From assembly GCA_039815375.1 (NCBI GenBank), contig JBCBZJ010000020.1, positions 1 through 53,217 of the forward strand: a DNA stretch of 53,217 nt, written 5' to 3'. Positions 22,136 through 32,734 of the stretch are shown here, one piece after another. How positions within the stretch are numbered: position 1 is the stretch's first letter; every line of letters begins with the position of its first letter. Below the pieces are notes generated by a model that was not told where the DNA came from, did no database searches, and saw nothing but the letters and a program-made list of their open reading frames with translations. The stretch comes from Verrucomicrobiota bacterium. GTDB lineage: Bacteria; Verrucomicrobiota; Verrucomicrobiia; Opitutales; Coraliomargaritaceae. A program made the translations under genes and the position numbers.

Positions 22136-24031
22136 ATGAAAAGGACCATACTTTTTAGCACCATAGTAACAACCAGCTGCTCAGCTCTTCTGGCGGATGA
22201 AACCGGGGAGGCTCAAGTCAGTGGCCCTGAAACACCTCTATATGTATTAGCTGAATATGTCATCAAAGACCAGCAAACGGCAAACATCATGCCGGTCACG
22301 ACCTACGACACACCGGTCTCGAATTTGGAATTCAATCCTCGCGTCGACTTTCAATCCCGCAATATGGCAGAGGCCCAGGGCGATGTAACGATTCGGGGAG
22401 GCATCTTTGAAAACACCGGCTTCCGGGTTGGCAGTGTCACGCTTATGGATCCACAGACCGGGCACTATTTCGCTGAGATTCCCATTGCCCCGGAAATGCT
22501 GACTATTCCCGAAGTGCTGGTCGCAGGCGATAACGCACTCTACGGATTTAACAGCACGGTCGGCACTATCAGCTACGATTGGATCGAGATTGGGAATGGG
22601 GGCAGCCTCACTCTAGGCGGGGGAGATAACGATTTAAATTTTCAGCGTTTGCACCATGCCACCACCGGGGAGCTCTTCGATTCAGGCAAGTGGACCTGGG
22701 GTGCAGAGATTGAATACTCTCGCTCGGAAAGCGATGGCACGATCCAGAACGGGGAGCACGACTTTGATCGTTTCAGCGGCCGTGTTCAGCTTCTTGGCCC
22801 CAACTCGCAGACAGATCTCTTCGCCGGTTATCAATCGAAATTTTTCGGCTGGCCCGGCATGTATACGGCAGACCGCTTCGACTTGTCCCCTGAATTCGAG
22901 AACTTGAAAACGCGGCTCTACGTTCTCAATCACAGGCAGAATTACGGCGAAGACAACTTCATCGAACTAACTGCCATGCACAGAAGGCACACCGATAATT
23001 ATATTCTCGATGCAACCAACTACATTCCTTTCCCCTTCGTCTTTGTCGCCGATCATGAAACGACTGTCACCGCTCTCGGATTCAGCGGGTTTCATCGTCT
23101 TTCTCCAAAATTCGGCCTGAACTACGCCGGGCAGATCGCAGGCGATGAAATCGAGTCCACGTCGCTCGAAAATACTTTTACCTCACGCAGCTACGGCAAA
23201 TTCACTCTTCTGCCGGAATATGCGCTTCAACTCAACCAGAGCGACAGCCTGACTTTTCGTGCAGGTGCCAGCTATGACGACACAAACCGGGGCAATTCGG
23301 AAGTCTCATTGATCGGCGATGTTACGTGGGAGCGAAGTCACGGCAATGGGAACTCGGAGAGCATTTATCTCTCGTATGCAGAAACCAGTCAAGTGGCGGG
23401 CTACACCGCAATCGGTGGCGGCACGACGAGCGGCATCTTTCGCAGCAATCCATTTCTGGAACGGGAAACCAGCCAGAACCTCGAACTGGGAGGAAAAATC
23501 AAACAAGCCAGCTGGAGTCTTGAAGCAGCCGTCTTTTACCGGTGGGACGACGATCTGGTCGACTGGACCTTTTCAAATGCCGACCTGTTTGCGAGATCGG
23601 CCAACGGGGTCGATATAGAGACCTATGGGGTCGAAATGATCGCAACTAAGAGTTGGAACAAGGTCCAGGCGATCGCAAGCTATGCCTTCCTCGACAAGGA
23701 TGAGGACTATGGCGATGTCACGATCGATGGCAGCTTTTACGCACTCAACTATGCGAACCATCGTGTCACTCTCGGACTAATCTGGACACCTACGGAACTG
23801 TTTAAGGTCAGTATTGATAACGAATGGCGCAGTCAGGAAGAGAACGCATTACGCAACAGTGATGACGAAGCTATTTTTACGCATGCATCGGTCACCTTCT
23901 ATCCGCCGAACATTGAGAATCTCGAGCTTTTCGTAGCGGTCGACAATGCCTGGGATGATGATTTCGAAGAAGTGCCGGGAACACCTGGTCGCGGCGTTCA
24001 GACTGCAGTCGGCGGAACCTTCCGCTGGTAA
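22136..24031 (+). CDS. TonB-dependent outer-membrane receptor
   Basis: Signal peptide, plug-like DVTIRGGIFENT...DPQTGH, amphipathic beta strands, C-terminal PGR...GGTFRW. Confidence 0.85.
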   Translation: MKRTILFSTIVTTSCSALLADETGEAQVSGPETPLYVLAEYVIKDQQTANIMPVTTYDTPVSNLEFNPRVDFQSRNMAEAQGDVTIRGGIFENTGFRVGSVTLMDPQTGHYFAEIPIAPEMLTIPEVLVAGDNALYGFNSTVGTISYDWIEIGNGGSLTLGGGDNDLNFQRLHHATTGELFDSGKWTWGAEIEYSRSESDGTIQNGEHDFDRFSGRVQLLGPNSQTDLFAGYQSKFFGWPGMYTADRFDLSPEFENLKTRLYVLNHRQNYGEDNFIELTAMHRRHTDNYILDATNYIPFPFVFVADHETTVTALGFSGFHRLSPKFGLNYAGQIAGDEIESTSLENTFTSRSYGKFTLLPEYALQLNQSDSLTFRAGASYDDTNRGNSEVSLIGDVTWERSHGNGNSESIYLSYAETSQVAGYTAIGGGTTSGIFRSNPFLERETSQNLELGGKIKQASWSLEAAVFYRWDDDLVDWTFSNADLFARSANGVDIETYGVEMIATKSWNKVQAIASYAFLDKDEDYGDVTIDGSFYALNYANHRVTLGLIWTPTELFKVSIDNEWRSQEENALRNSDDEAIFTHASVTFYPPNIENLELFVAVDNAWDDDFEEVPGTPGRGVQTAVGGTFRW

Positions 24032-24126
24032 TAAGCTCTGGATATAGCTCCTGCCCCGGATGTCTGCGAAAGCTGAATAATATTGCGGACAGCCGGGGTT
24101 AGCTATCTCTACCGTGACGATTTAGA

Positions 24127-25008
24127 ATGGTCTACCTCTTCATTACTTCGCTGATCTGGGCCTTTTCCTTCGGCCTGATCGGTAACGTGCTCAAAGGTAT
24201 TGACCCTCTGGTTGTCGCCGGCGTGCGACTCGCGATCGCCTTACTGGTCTTTCTCCCCTTCCTTCGGCTCAAGGACCTGGAAGCCACGGACCGCCTCAAA
24301 CTGTTCGGCCTCGGTGCCGTCCAGTTTGGGATCATGTATATTTGCTATCTTTCAGCCTTCCGATTCATCCCTTCACATCTCGTCGCGCTCTTCTCCGTGC
24401 TCACACCGCTGTATGTCGTGCTGATCCACGACTTCAGGCATCGTAGGTTCACGCCAAGGTATCTACTCGCGGCGCTCTTATCCGTAATTGGGGCCGCAGT
24501 CATCAAAGCGAAGTCCGGAGATACGGGAACGTTTTGGGCTGGTTTCATCCTGATGCAGATCTCTGGCATCGCCTTCGCTTTTGGTCAGGTCGTTTACCGC
24601 GACTGGAAGCGCTCCCATGCCGAGCTCAAGGAGCATTCGGTCTTCGCTCTTCTTTATGCGGGCGGCGCACTCACCGCACTGAGCGCCAGCTTTATCACCG
24701 GCTCCGGACCCCAGGAGTTATCGGCCGCCAGTTCGAGCCAACTGGGCGTCATCGTTTATCTGGGAATTGTTGCGTCGGGACTCGGTTTCTTCCTTTGGAA
24801 TAAAGGCGCAGTGCAGAGCACTCCCGGAGTCCTGGCCGCATTCAACAACTTCCTCGTGCCCCTCGCGATTGTTGTCTCGCTCTTTGTCTTTAGGGAAATT
24901 GAGGGACTTAAGCTCATGGATCTAATCAACCTGCTTATCGGTTCAGGACTCATCGCCACAGCGATTTTCATTGGTCGCAAAGCAGGAGATCAGGACCTCG
25001 CGAACTGA
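24127..25008 (+). CDS. EamA/DMT transporter, YigM(BioP)/MadN-like
   Basis: 10 TM; LITSLIWAFSF...VRLAIALLVFLPFLR and LGIVASGLGFFLWNKGA resemble E. coli YigM as recalled. Confidence 0.8.
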   Translation: MVYLFITSLIWAFSFGLIGNVLKGIDPLVVAGVRLAIALLVFLPFLRLKDLEATDRLKLFGLGAVQFGIMYICYLSAFRFIPSHLVALFSVLTPLYVVLIHDFRHRRFTPRYLLAALLSVIGAAVIKAKSGDTGTFWAGFILMQISGIAFAFGQVVYRDWKRSHAELKEHSVFALLYAGGALTALSASFITGSGPQELSAASSSQLGVIVYLGIVASGLGFFLWNKGAVQSTPGVLAAFNNFLVPLAIVVSLFVFREIEGLKLMDLINLLIGSGLIATAIFIGRKAGDQDLAN

Positions 25009-25448
25009 GTTTCGATCAAATAGTCTTTTTGGGGACCGACAACCTTGTAGCTCATCTGAAACGATCCTGTGAGATCAATTCGATAAACCACCGAATAGCG
25101 ATCCTCACCGCAGAGATGCCGATGGCTGGCAATGATGTGTGCACCCTCTTCAACGAAATTAAGCTCATGCATGGGTTCCCAGTCACCGTTTTCCAATTTC
25201 AACACTTCAATAGCCGGACCAGAAAGACAATAGCGATACTTCTGCTTTGATCCAAACTGCTGACCTTCCACGGTTTCAAGGCGACCGGATTCCTCGTAAG
25301 CATAGGTATTCTCGAGGCTGGTATCGATTGTAAAGATGGCATTACCGATTAAGCGACCCTCGTAACTACCGGCGAATCGCCGGCGAATCTGCCATTCACC
25401 CTGGAAGAAGAAAAACACCTTCTCACTGAGGCTATCTGACTTGTTCAT
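24990..25448 (-). CDS. DUF6314-like protein
   Basis: G.W.I.R...G...G.A.F, Y.E.G.L, HLCGED.Y, V.GP.KDY pattern; start placed at ATG 25448, after the tRNA. Confidence 0.65.
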   Translation of the reverse strand: MNKSDSLSEKVFFFFQGEWQIRRRFAGSYEGRLIGNAIFTIDTSLENTYAYEESGRLETVEGQQFGSKQKYRYCLSGPAIEVLKLENGDWEPMHELNFVEEGAHIIASHRHLCGEDRYSVVYRIDLTGSFQMSYKVVGPQKDYLIETQFARS

Positions 25449-25466
25449 GAATCGGATACAGGAAGC

Positions 25467-25556
<90 letters not shown>

Positions 25557-25608
25557 ATCGAAAGATGAATACAAAGTTCATTATGAAGTGCTTTGACAAG
25601 TCCGGACT

Positions 25609-25697
25609 GACAACAGTCCCATGTTCCGGTTTCGACAGCGGCCGGACCGGTCTTGCCGTCGCTTTGCTCCTCGGAACGGCCACTTGGGCACTTCTTC
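25609..25697 (-). pseudogene. Degenerate duplicate of the tRNA-Ser 5' half, interrupted by the 55-bp element (25623-25677)
   Basis: GACAAC|AGTCCCAT-[element]-GGCCACTTGGGCACTTCTTC versus tRNA GACAAC(TGATTTCGAGTC)AGTCCCAT-TC-GGCCACTCTGGCACTTCTCC. Confidence 0.7.
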
Positions 25698-25774
25698 TTC
25701 GGACGAACTCGATAGAAAGTAGCTCTCTGCCTTTAATGTAAGTTTCGTCTCAGACAAAGATAGGCGAGCGGAAG

Positions 25775-26377
25775 CTAAATCTTACCCTTAACATAATTGA
25801 TCAGCTGTTTTGCAATAGGTATGCGCTGGTAAACGATATCGGTAGGGTCCCAGTAGTCCTGATGGAAGATTACTTGGCCTTCCGAATTGAAACGCATGTG
25901 CGTCATACCTATCGACTCTTCCCAAGTGCCGGGAGGTGTTTTTTTGAAGTCCAGGCGCATGACCCAATCAAGATAGAATTCGTCGCCGGCACGTGCCACT
26001 CGACGGAACTCAAACTCCGCCTCATTCAATACATCGAGCCCTTCGAGGAAATACGCTTTGATTTCATGCGACGAGCCATACTGTTTAAAGGCGTCTCTGA
26101 AATAGACCTTCTCGGCATAAACTTCAGTCACTTTAGTCTCTAGAATCTCATTCCTGTAATCACGGAAGAGCGTTTTCACTCCTTCCAACATAGCAGCCTC
26201 TGCCTCGCTTCCGGGCGCAGGGATATCGAAATTCACGGGGTCGGTCCATTCAAGGGCTGCCTGATATTTCGAGTCAGGAACGGTCTGGGTATGTAACATG
26301 GAAGATTCTACTGAGGCACAGCCTGCAAAGAGGCCGACCGCTAGAAAAAGTGTCACGAAGAAGAAAAAATGCAGCAT
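25775..26377 (-). CDS. SnoaL/NTF2-like lipoprotein
   Basis: LFAGC lipobox; Y...V.F.D, W.M, G..H.RF...G....HQDYWD. Confidence 0.8.
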   Translation of the reverse strand: MLHFFFFVTLFLAVGLFAGCASVESSMLHTQTVPDSKYQAALEWTDPVNFDIPAPGSEAEAAMLEGVKTLFRDYRNEILETKVTEVYAEKVYFRDAFKQYGSSHEIKAYFLEGLDVLNEAEFEFRRVARAGDEFYLDWVMRLDFKKTPPGTWEESIGMTHMRFNSEGQVIFHQDYWDPTDIVYQRIPIAKQLINYVKGKI

Positions 26378-26468
26378 TCTCACTTGGAATAATGCGAACA
26401 ACGCGAGACAAACTTACAAACCGAGCGCAATGTAAGTTCATCCATTGCCATGCGTTAGTTAAAAAGTT

Positions 26469-27488
26469 ATGAGTTTCGTAATAACCCTCGCCGAAAGAAG
26501 CCTACTGCCAGATTCCCTGATACGCAGTGGCATACGTAAACTGCTCGCTGAACGAATCATCTCGCTAGAGGAGGATCCAAAGAGTGATACGCAATGGATC
26601 GAGGAACTTGATCGTAGGCCGCTTGCCGAAGATACTGCTGCGGCCAACGAACAGCATTACGAGATACCTGTACCCTATTTTACTACAGTTCTCGGGAAGC
26701 ATCTGAAATATAGTTGCGGATATTGGCCGGAAACATCGACCAAACTGGATGAATCTGAAGCGCTCATGCTCCAGCTTAGCTGTGAACGCGCGGAACTGGC
26801 AAACGGTCAACGTATACTTGAACTCGGTTGCGGCTGGGGCTCGCTCAGCCTATGGATGGCGGAACACTATCCCGAAAGCCGCATCACCTCAGTAAGCAAT
26901 TCCCACTCACAGCGCGAGTATATTGAGTCGCAGTGTCGGGAACGGGGGCTGACAAACCTCGAAATCATCACCTGTGATATCAATGATTTCAAGGCGGCTT
27001 CGGAGTTCGACCGCGTCGTCTCGGTTGAAATGTTTGAGCATGTGCGCAACCACCGCCAACTCTTCGGTCAAATCAGCGATTGGCTCAAGCCCGGCGGCAA
27101 ATGCTTCGTCCATATCTTCAGCAACCACGACCAAACCTACCTCTTCGAAGCACGCAGCGAAAAGGACTGGATGTCGCGCTACTTTTTTACAGGCGGGATT
27201 ATGCCTTCAGCAACCTTGCTTGTCAGTGCGGCAGAGGGCCTTCTCCATTGTGAAGATAAATGGAAAGTTAACGGAGAACATTACAGCAAGACCCTAGAGG
27301 CTTGGCTGGTCAAACAGGACGAAGCCAAAGATCAGGTCATGTCGACCTTTCGAAAATGCTATGGTCCGGATGCAAAGCTTTGGTTCCAACGCTGGCGTAT
27401 CTTTTACATGGCCTGCTCCGAATTGTTCGCCTACAAAGGCGGAGAAGAGTGGCCGGTAATGCACTACCGATTCAGCAAAGCAGACTAA
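26469..27488 (+). CDS. SAM-dependent methyltransferase, cyclopropane-fatty-acyl synthase / coclaurine N-methyltransferase-like
   Basis: ANEQHYE, LKYSC, LELGCGWGS, SVEMFEH. Confidence 0.9.
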   Translation: MSFVITLAERSLLPDSLIRSGIRKLLAERIISLEEDPKSDTQWIEELDRRPLAEDTAAANEQHYEIPVPYFTTVLGKHLKYSCGYWPETSTKLDESEALMLQLSCERAELANGQRILELGCGWGSLSLWMAEHYPESRITSVSNSHSQREYIESQCRERGLTNLEIITCDINDFKAASEFDRVVSVEMFEHVRNHRQLFGQISDWLKPGGKCFVHIFSNHDQTYLFEARSEKDWMSRYFFTGGIMPSATLLVSAAEGLLHCEDKWKVNGEHYSKTLEAWLVKQDEAKDQVMSTFRKCYGPDAKLWFQRWRIFYMACSELFAYKGGEEWPVMHYRFSKAD

Positions 27489-27489
27489 A

Positions 27490-28767
27490 ATGAATTCAGA
27501 AGAAAGGCGCCAGAAAATTGCAGTCGTCGGCTGTGGTGTCGCTGGACTCACTGCGGCATGGCTACTCAGCCGGAAACACGAGGTTCATCTTTTCGAAAAA
27601 AACGACTACGCAGGCGGACATACCCGGACGCTTCGTATCGCCGATGGACCCGATAAAAATTTGCCTGTGGATACCGGCTTCATCGTCATGAATCACCGGA
27701 ACTATCCTCTGTTCACTGAGGTTCTGAAGCAGCTCGGCGTGGAACTGGCCGACAGTTCCATGACTTTCAGCTTTCATGACAGGTCTTCAGGATACGGCTA
27801 CTCCGGCAACTCACTTGGCACCCTGTTCCCAAGTCCCGCTTACTTCTTCAAACCTTCACATCTAAGCTTAGTCCGCGATCTTTGGCGTTTTGCACGTATC
27901 GGCTACGCAGATCTCAACTCGGGCTATCTCGAGAGTATGACTCTTGGCGAGTATTTCCAATCACGCCGCTTCGGGAAGAACTTCCTCGAAAACTACTTCT
28001 ACCCCATGGGAGCAGCGATCTGGTCTTCTCCTATTGAGCAGATGCAGCAATTTCCCGCTCAACCCTATATTCACTTTCTGGAGAACCACGGACTTCTCAG
28101 GCTGACAAATCGACCACAATGGAGATACGTCAAAGGAGGAAGTCGGACCTACGTGGAAGCAATGCTGAAGCAGTTCGAGAATACACCGAATCTTAATGAA
28201 GCCCCTCAGGGCATCGAGAGGACTGAGGCAGGGGTAAGACTCACAACTCAAAGCGGTGAGACTCTTGACTTCGACCAGATCGTAATCGGAGCACATGCCG
28301 ATGAAGCGCTGCAACTGCTTCGCGACCCCGACAAAGATGAGCAGGCCAACCTTTCGCCCTGGTATTATCAACCAAACGAAGTCGTCCTCCACACCAGTCT
28401 GACTCATCTGCCACCGGAAGAAAAGTTATGGTCCTCCTGGAATTTCATCCGGGAACCGGGAGACGGGGAAGAACGACCCGTGCTTGTGAGCTACTATATG
28501 AATCGCCTCCAGAATTTGGAAACGAGAGAGAACTACGTCGTCACCCTAAATGCAGGCAAGGCCATTCCAGAGAACAAAGTCATCAACCGAACCACCCTGA
28601 CCCACCCTCTCTATTCACAGGAAGCACTCGCGTCACAATCTCGCTTACGCAAAGCAAATGGCCGGAGAAACACCTGGTTCTGTGGCAGCTATTTCGGATA
28701 TGGCTTTCACGAAGACGCCGTGCGCTCTGCCGTCGAGGTTGCGCAAGGCTTCGGCATCGAACTGTGA
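27490..28767 (+). CDS. FAD-dependent oxidoreductase (COG2907; UfaD-like)
   Basis: IAVVGCGVAGL, VDTGFIV.N..NYP, PMGAAIWS, GSYFGYGFHED. Confidence 0.9.
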   Translation: MNSEERRQKIAVVGCGVAGLTAAWLLSRKHEVHLFEKNDYAGGHTRTLRIADGPDKNLPVDTGFIVMNHRNYPLFTEVLKQLGVELADSSMTFSFHDRSSGYGYSGNSLGTLFPSPAYFFKPSHLSLVRDLWRFARIGYADLNSGYLESMTLGEYFQSRRFGKNFLENYFYPMGAAIWSSPIEQMQQFPAQPYIHFLENHGLLRLTNRPQWRYVKGGSRTYVEAMLKQFENTPNLNEAPQGIERTEAGVRLTTQSGETLDFDQIVIGAHADEALQLLRDPDKDEQANLSPWYYQPNEVVLHTSLTHLPPEEKLWSSWNFIREPGDGEERPVLVSYYMNRLQNLETRENYVVTLNAGKAIPENKVINRTTLTHPLYSQEALASQSRLRKANGRRNTWFCGSYFGYGFHEDAVRSAVEVAQGFGIEL

Positions 28768-29561
28768 CCGGGCGTTCCAAAATCTACCGCGGAGAAGTCA
28801 CCCACCAGCGTATGGGGCCTGTCAAACACGCCTTCACCTATCCGATGAGCTTTTTCGGATTCGATTTAGAAGAGCTCGATAGCATCGAGAAAAAGACCAG
28901 TCTCTTCGGGCATAATCAGAGCCGACCTCTGCGGCTCAATGACAGCGACTATCTGAGAGGCAAAAGCACTGATATCCTCGAGCAACTTTCCGAGTTTCTG
29001 CCACAGGAGAAGCCCGGCCAGTCCACCTTGCTGATCAGCTCGCCGCGCTACTTCAACTATGCATTCAATCCGGTGAACTTCCATCTCCGCATGGAAGGTG
29101 AAGACCTGCTTTGTGCCGTCGCAGAAGTTAACAATACCTTCGGCGACCGCCATATTTATGCCCTGAACGAACTCAAACATGAAGGTGGTTCGAAATGGTC
29201 GGCACACTGCCCGAAGGATTTTCATGTCTCTCCTTTTAACGACGTGGCGGGTGAATATCACTTCACTTTTCGAATCAAAGAGGAGGAGATTTTCCTGGGT
29301 GTAGACCTTTGGAAGCATGGCGAATGTGTCATGAAAACATGGATACACGGCAAAGGCATACCTCTTAGCAATCAAGCCATCATCCGCTACGCACTACTCC
29401 ATCCTTTTGACACCGCATTGAATAGTATGCCACGAATCCTCTGGCAGGCAGCAGTGCTTTATTTTAGCAAGAAGATGGAGGTCTTTAAACGACCAAGCCC
29501 GAAATCAAAGCGAACGGTCATTGATCGAGACCAGCCTACCAACGATCAAAAAATTATTTAA
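28764..29561 (+). CDS. DUF1365 family protein (UfaO-like)
   Basis: GTG start overlapping the upstream TGA; H.R..P..H.F.Y, PR..NY.FNPV, EVNNTFGDRH.Y, K.FHVSPF. Confidence 0.88.
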   Translation: MTGRSKIYRGEVTHQRMGPVKHAFTYPMSFFGFDLEELDSIEKKTSLFGHNQSRPLRLNDSDYLRGKSTDILEQLSEFLPQEKPGQSTLLISSPRYFNYAFNPVNFHLRMEGEDLLCAVAEVNNTFGDRHIYALNELKHEGGSKWSAHCPKDFHVSPFNDVAGEYHFTFRIKEEEIFLGVDLWKHGECVMKTWIHGKGIPLSNQAIIRYALLHPFDTALNSMPRILWQAAVLYFSKKMEVFKRPSPKSKRTVIDRDQPTNDQKII

Positions 29562-29601
29562 TGCTCAGCTTGCTCAACTTTAAACCTGAATTATGCAACA
29601 G

Positions 29602-29800
29602 GATAGGCAGCGATGTGCGCTTCTCGCCTAAGTTCCGAACGAAGCGACAAGACCAGTCCGGCCGCCGCCGGAACCGGAACAATTCGAAAACACTATTTGG
29701 GTGAACACATTTCTGATGCTTTGCATTAGGAATGTGGCTTATAAAAAAGCACTTACCTCACTCGATATCATGTTTTTGAAGTTCGTTTGCATCGTTTCGG
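29602..29800 (-). repeat. ~200-bp dispersed element, copy B (core 29632-29680)
   Basis: Reverse complement aligns with 891-1087. Confidence 0.85.
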
Positions 29801-30901
29801 TTATAAGCAGTTCTTTACCACTGCTATAACCCGTTCCCGATCCGCTTCCGGCATGCCCGATCCACTAGGCAAACAAACGCCGGATTCAAAAAGACTTTCG
29901 GACACGCCTGTTCCATAAAAAATCCTCGATTTATAGATCGGTTGCAGGTGCATCGGTTTCCAGAGTGGTCGTGCCTCAATATCTTCATCTTCAAGAGCTG
30001 AGATGATCTGATCACGCTTCGCCATGCCATCGACCAAGATACAAGTCAGCCAGTAATTCACCGATTCAGAATCACCGACAGGCATCATCCTAAGTCCATC
30101 CAGATTTTCAAAAGCTCTCGAATAGGCCTCGAAATGCTCTCTCTTCGCCGCAATGCGGCGATCCAAATCCCCAAACTGGCTGAGACCCAGACCGGCAAGA
30201 ACATTGCTCATCCGGTAATTGTAGCCGATCTCCTTATGTTCATAGTGCATTACCGGTTCGCGCGCCTGGCTAGCCAAATAGCCAGCCTTCTCAATCCACT
30301 CAGGATTCCGGGAAAGCAGCATCCCGCCTGCTGAGGTTGTGATGATCTTATTACCGTTGAATGAGAAAAAGGCGAGGTCGCCAAATGAGCCAGCTGCCTC
30401 ACCCCTGTAACGTGCACCAAGTGCTTCGGCGGCGTCTTCAATTAAAGGTAAATTGTATTGTTTGCAGAGCTCGAGAATCGGTCCCATTTCGGCGCACTGG
30501 CCATAGAGATGAACGACAATGACTGCTCGAACCTTCGGGCGCTCTTTCAGAGCCTCTTCAAGCAGGGCCGGATCCATGTTCCACGTCCGGGGCTCACTAT
30601 CGATGAAGACCGGCTCGGCACCGAGATAGCAAATCGGATTTGAGCTGGCTGCGAAAGTCATGCTTGGACAAATCACCTCGTCGCCTGGTCCAATACCGAG
30701 AACTTTCAATGCCAAATGGAGAGCTGCCGTGCCCGAATTCAGCGCCAGACAATGCTCAACACCGACTCTATCCGCAACAGCTTCTTCGAATGCTTTCAAA
30801 TGCGGCCCTACCGGTGCCACCCAATTCGAAGTCAACACCTCATCCACGCGGACATGGTCCTGCGCGGTAATATCCGGTGGCGAAAGATAAATCCGGGGCA
30901 T
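29801..30901 (-). CDS. DegT/DnrJ-family sugar aminotransferase (PglE/EpsN-like)
   Basis: LNSGTAALHLAL, IEDAAEALG, SFNGNKIITTSAGG, GYNYRMSN, RPLWKPMH. Confidence 0.92.
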   Translation of the reverse strand: MPRIYLSPPDITAQDHVRVDEVLTSNWVAPVGPHLKAFEEAVADRVGVEHCLALNSGTAALHLALKVLGIGPGDEVICPSMTFAASSNPICYLGAEPVFIDSEPRTWNMDPALLEEALKERPKVRAVIVVHLYGQCAEMGPILELCKQYNLPLIEDAAEALGARYRGEAAGSFGDLAFFSFNGNKIITTSAGGMLLSRNPEWIEKAGYLASQAREPVMHYEHKEIGYNYRMSNVLAGLGLSQFGDLDRRIAAKREHFEAYSRAFENLDGLRMMPVGDSESVNYWLTCILVDGMAKRDQIISALEDEDIEARPLWKPMHLQPIYKSRIFYGTGVSESLFESGVCLPSGSGMPEADRERVIAVVKNCL

Positions 30902-30931
30902 GATTCGATTCGTTTCCTGAATCCGGCAGGA

Positions 30932-32734
30932 CTACAAGCGAGAAATCAGTAGCTCACGCTCGAAGATCATTTCCTTCGGCAAGTGTGCATGCAGTTTCAA
31001 AAACAGCTCTTCATGCGTTAAGGTCTGCATTCGCAGGCGTTCACGGTCAAACTGCATGAGCTTGGCAAACTCTTCTTCGCTAAAATCCATTCCACGCCAG
31101 TCCAGATCACTGTAACGGGGCATCCAGCCGATTGGCGTTTCCTTGGCGCCGGCACGACCGGTCGCTCGCTCAACGATCCAGCGCAGTGGACGCGCGTTTT
31201 CACTGAAGCCAGGCCAAAGCCAGTTCCCCTCTTCGTCTTTTCGAAACCAGTTTACATTGAAGATGCGAGGCGTTTCCTTCAGATCGCGCTGCATGCGGAT
31301 CCAATGACGGAAATAGTCGCCCATATGATAGCCGCAGAAAGGCAGCATCGCCATCGGGTCACGGCGGATCTGACCGACCGTGCCTTCGGCTGCAGCCGTC
31401 ATTTCCGAGCCGGTGGTTGCGCCAAGGTAAACCCCATGGCCCCAGTTAAAGGCCTGCGTCACAAGCGGCACGTCACTCATGCGGCGTCCACCAAAGATCA
31501 TGGCATGGACCTGCACACCCTCCGGCTTTTCCCAGTCTGGATCAATCACCGGGCAATTTGCAGCTGGGGATGTGAACCGGCTATTGGGATGTGCTGCCGG
31601 AGTTTCGCTTTCCGGCGTCCAATCGTTGCCCTTCCAGTCAATCAAATGGGCCGGCGGCTGATCCGTCATGCCCTCCCACCACACATCGCCGTCATCGGTC
31701 AACGCGACGTTGGTAAAGATTGAATCCTTGGCACAACTGGCCAATGCGCTTGGGTTGGTGTCGGCAGAAGTGCCGGGTGCCACCCCGAAAAAACCTGCCT
31801 CCGGGTTGATGGCATAGAGGCATCCGTCCGGTCCGGGTTTGATCCAGGCAATGTCGTCTCCCACACAGGTGACCTTGTATCCCTCCATCTCTTTTGGAGG
31901 AATGACCATGGCGAAGTTCGTTTTACCGCACGCACTCGGAAAGGCAGCCGTTACATAGGTCTTACGCCCATCGGGCTCTTCAACTCCGAGGATCAGCATG
32001 TGCTCTGCCATCCAACCCTCGTCTCGAGCCATCGTCGATGCGATCCTCAGCGCGAGACACTTTTTCCCCAACAAGGCATTACCGCCGTATCCGGACCCGT
32101 AGGACACAATCGTGCGCTCCTCGGGGAAATGAACAATGTGAGTATTCTCCGGATCGCATGGCCAGGGCACATCTTCCACCCCTTCATCCAGAGGATGCCC
32201 CACAGAATGGAGGCAAGGCACGAAGAAACCGTCTTCGCCAAGCACCTCGAGCACGGGATCGCCAATTCGTGCCATGATCCGCATGTTAACAACCACATAG
32301 GGTGAATCCGTCAGCTCCACTCCGATCTTCGAGATTGGTCCACCGACCGGCCCCATACTAAACGGGATCACATACATGGTGCGCCCGTGCATGCTGCCCT
32401 TGAAGAGACGCTTCATTTTGCGGCGCATGGCGCGAGGTTCTTCCCAGTTATTTGTCGGGCCAGCCGCATGCTTGTTTTGTGAGCAGATAAAGGTCTTGGA
32501 CTCGACTCGGGCAACATCACGCGGATCTGAACGGAAAAGGTAACTATTGGGGCGCAATGTTTCGCTCAACTTCACACACATCTCCTGATCAACCATCATG
32601 GAGAAGAGGCGATCCGCCTCTTCCTGAGAGCCGTCACACCATTGGACCGCTTCCGGCTCACACATGGCGACCATCTTTTCGACCCACTTGAGAAGGGCCT
32701 TATGTTGGGTTTTAGGGTTATTAGAGGAAGTCAT
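30932..32734 (-). CDS. pckG: GTP-dependent phosphoenolpyruvate carboxykinase
   Basis: [54 protein letters not shown]. Confidence 0.96.
   Translation of the reverse strand: MTSSNNPKTQHKALLKWVEKMVAMCEPEAVQWCDGSQEEADRLFSMMVDQEMCVKLSETLRPNSYLFRSDPRDVARVESKTFICSQNKHAAGPTNNWEEPRAMRRKMKRLFKGSMHGRTMYVIPFSMGPVGGPISKIGVELTDSPYVVVNMRIMARIGDPVLEVLGEDGFFVPCLHSVGHPLDEGVEDVPWPCDPENTHIVHFPEERTIVSYGSGYGGNALLGKKCLALRIASTMARDEGWMAEHMLILGVEEPDGRKTYVTAAFPSACGKTNFAMVIPPKEMEGYKVTCVGDDIAWIKPGPDGCLYAINPEAGFFGVAPGTSADTNPSALASCAKDSIFTNVALTDDGDVWWEGMTDQPPAHLIDWKGNDWTPESETPAAHPNSRFTSPAANCPVIDPDWEKPEGVQVHAMIFGGRRMSDVPLVTQAFNWGHGVYLGATTGSEMTAAAEGTVGQIRRDPMAMLPFCGYHMGDYFRHWIRMQRDLKETPRIFNVNWFRKDEEGNWLWPGFSENARPLRWIVERATGRAGAKETPIGWMPRYSDLDWRGMDFSEEEFAKLMQFDRERLRMQTLTHEELFLKLHAHLPKEMIFERELLISRL

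Noticed and set aside
28428..28763. N-terminal extension of the DUF1365 ORF (377 aa in the track)
   Set aside because: Overlaps the upstream oxidoreductase out of frame; the real start is the coupled GTG at 28764
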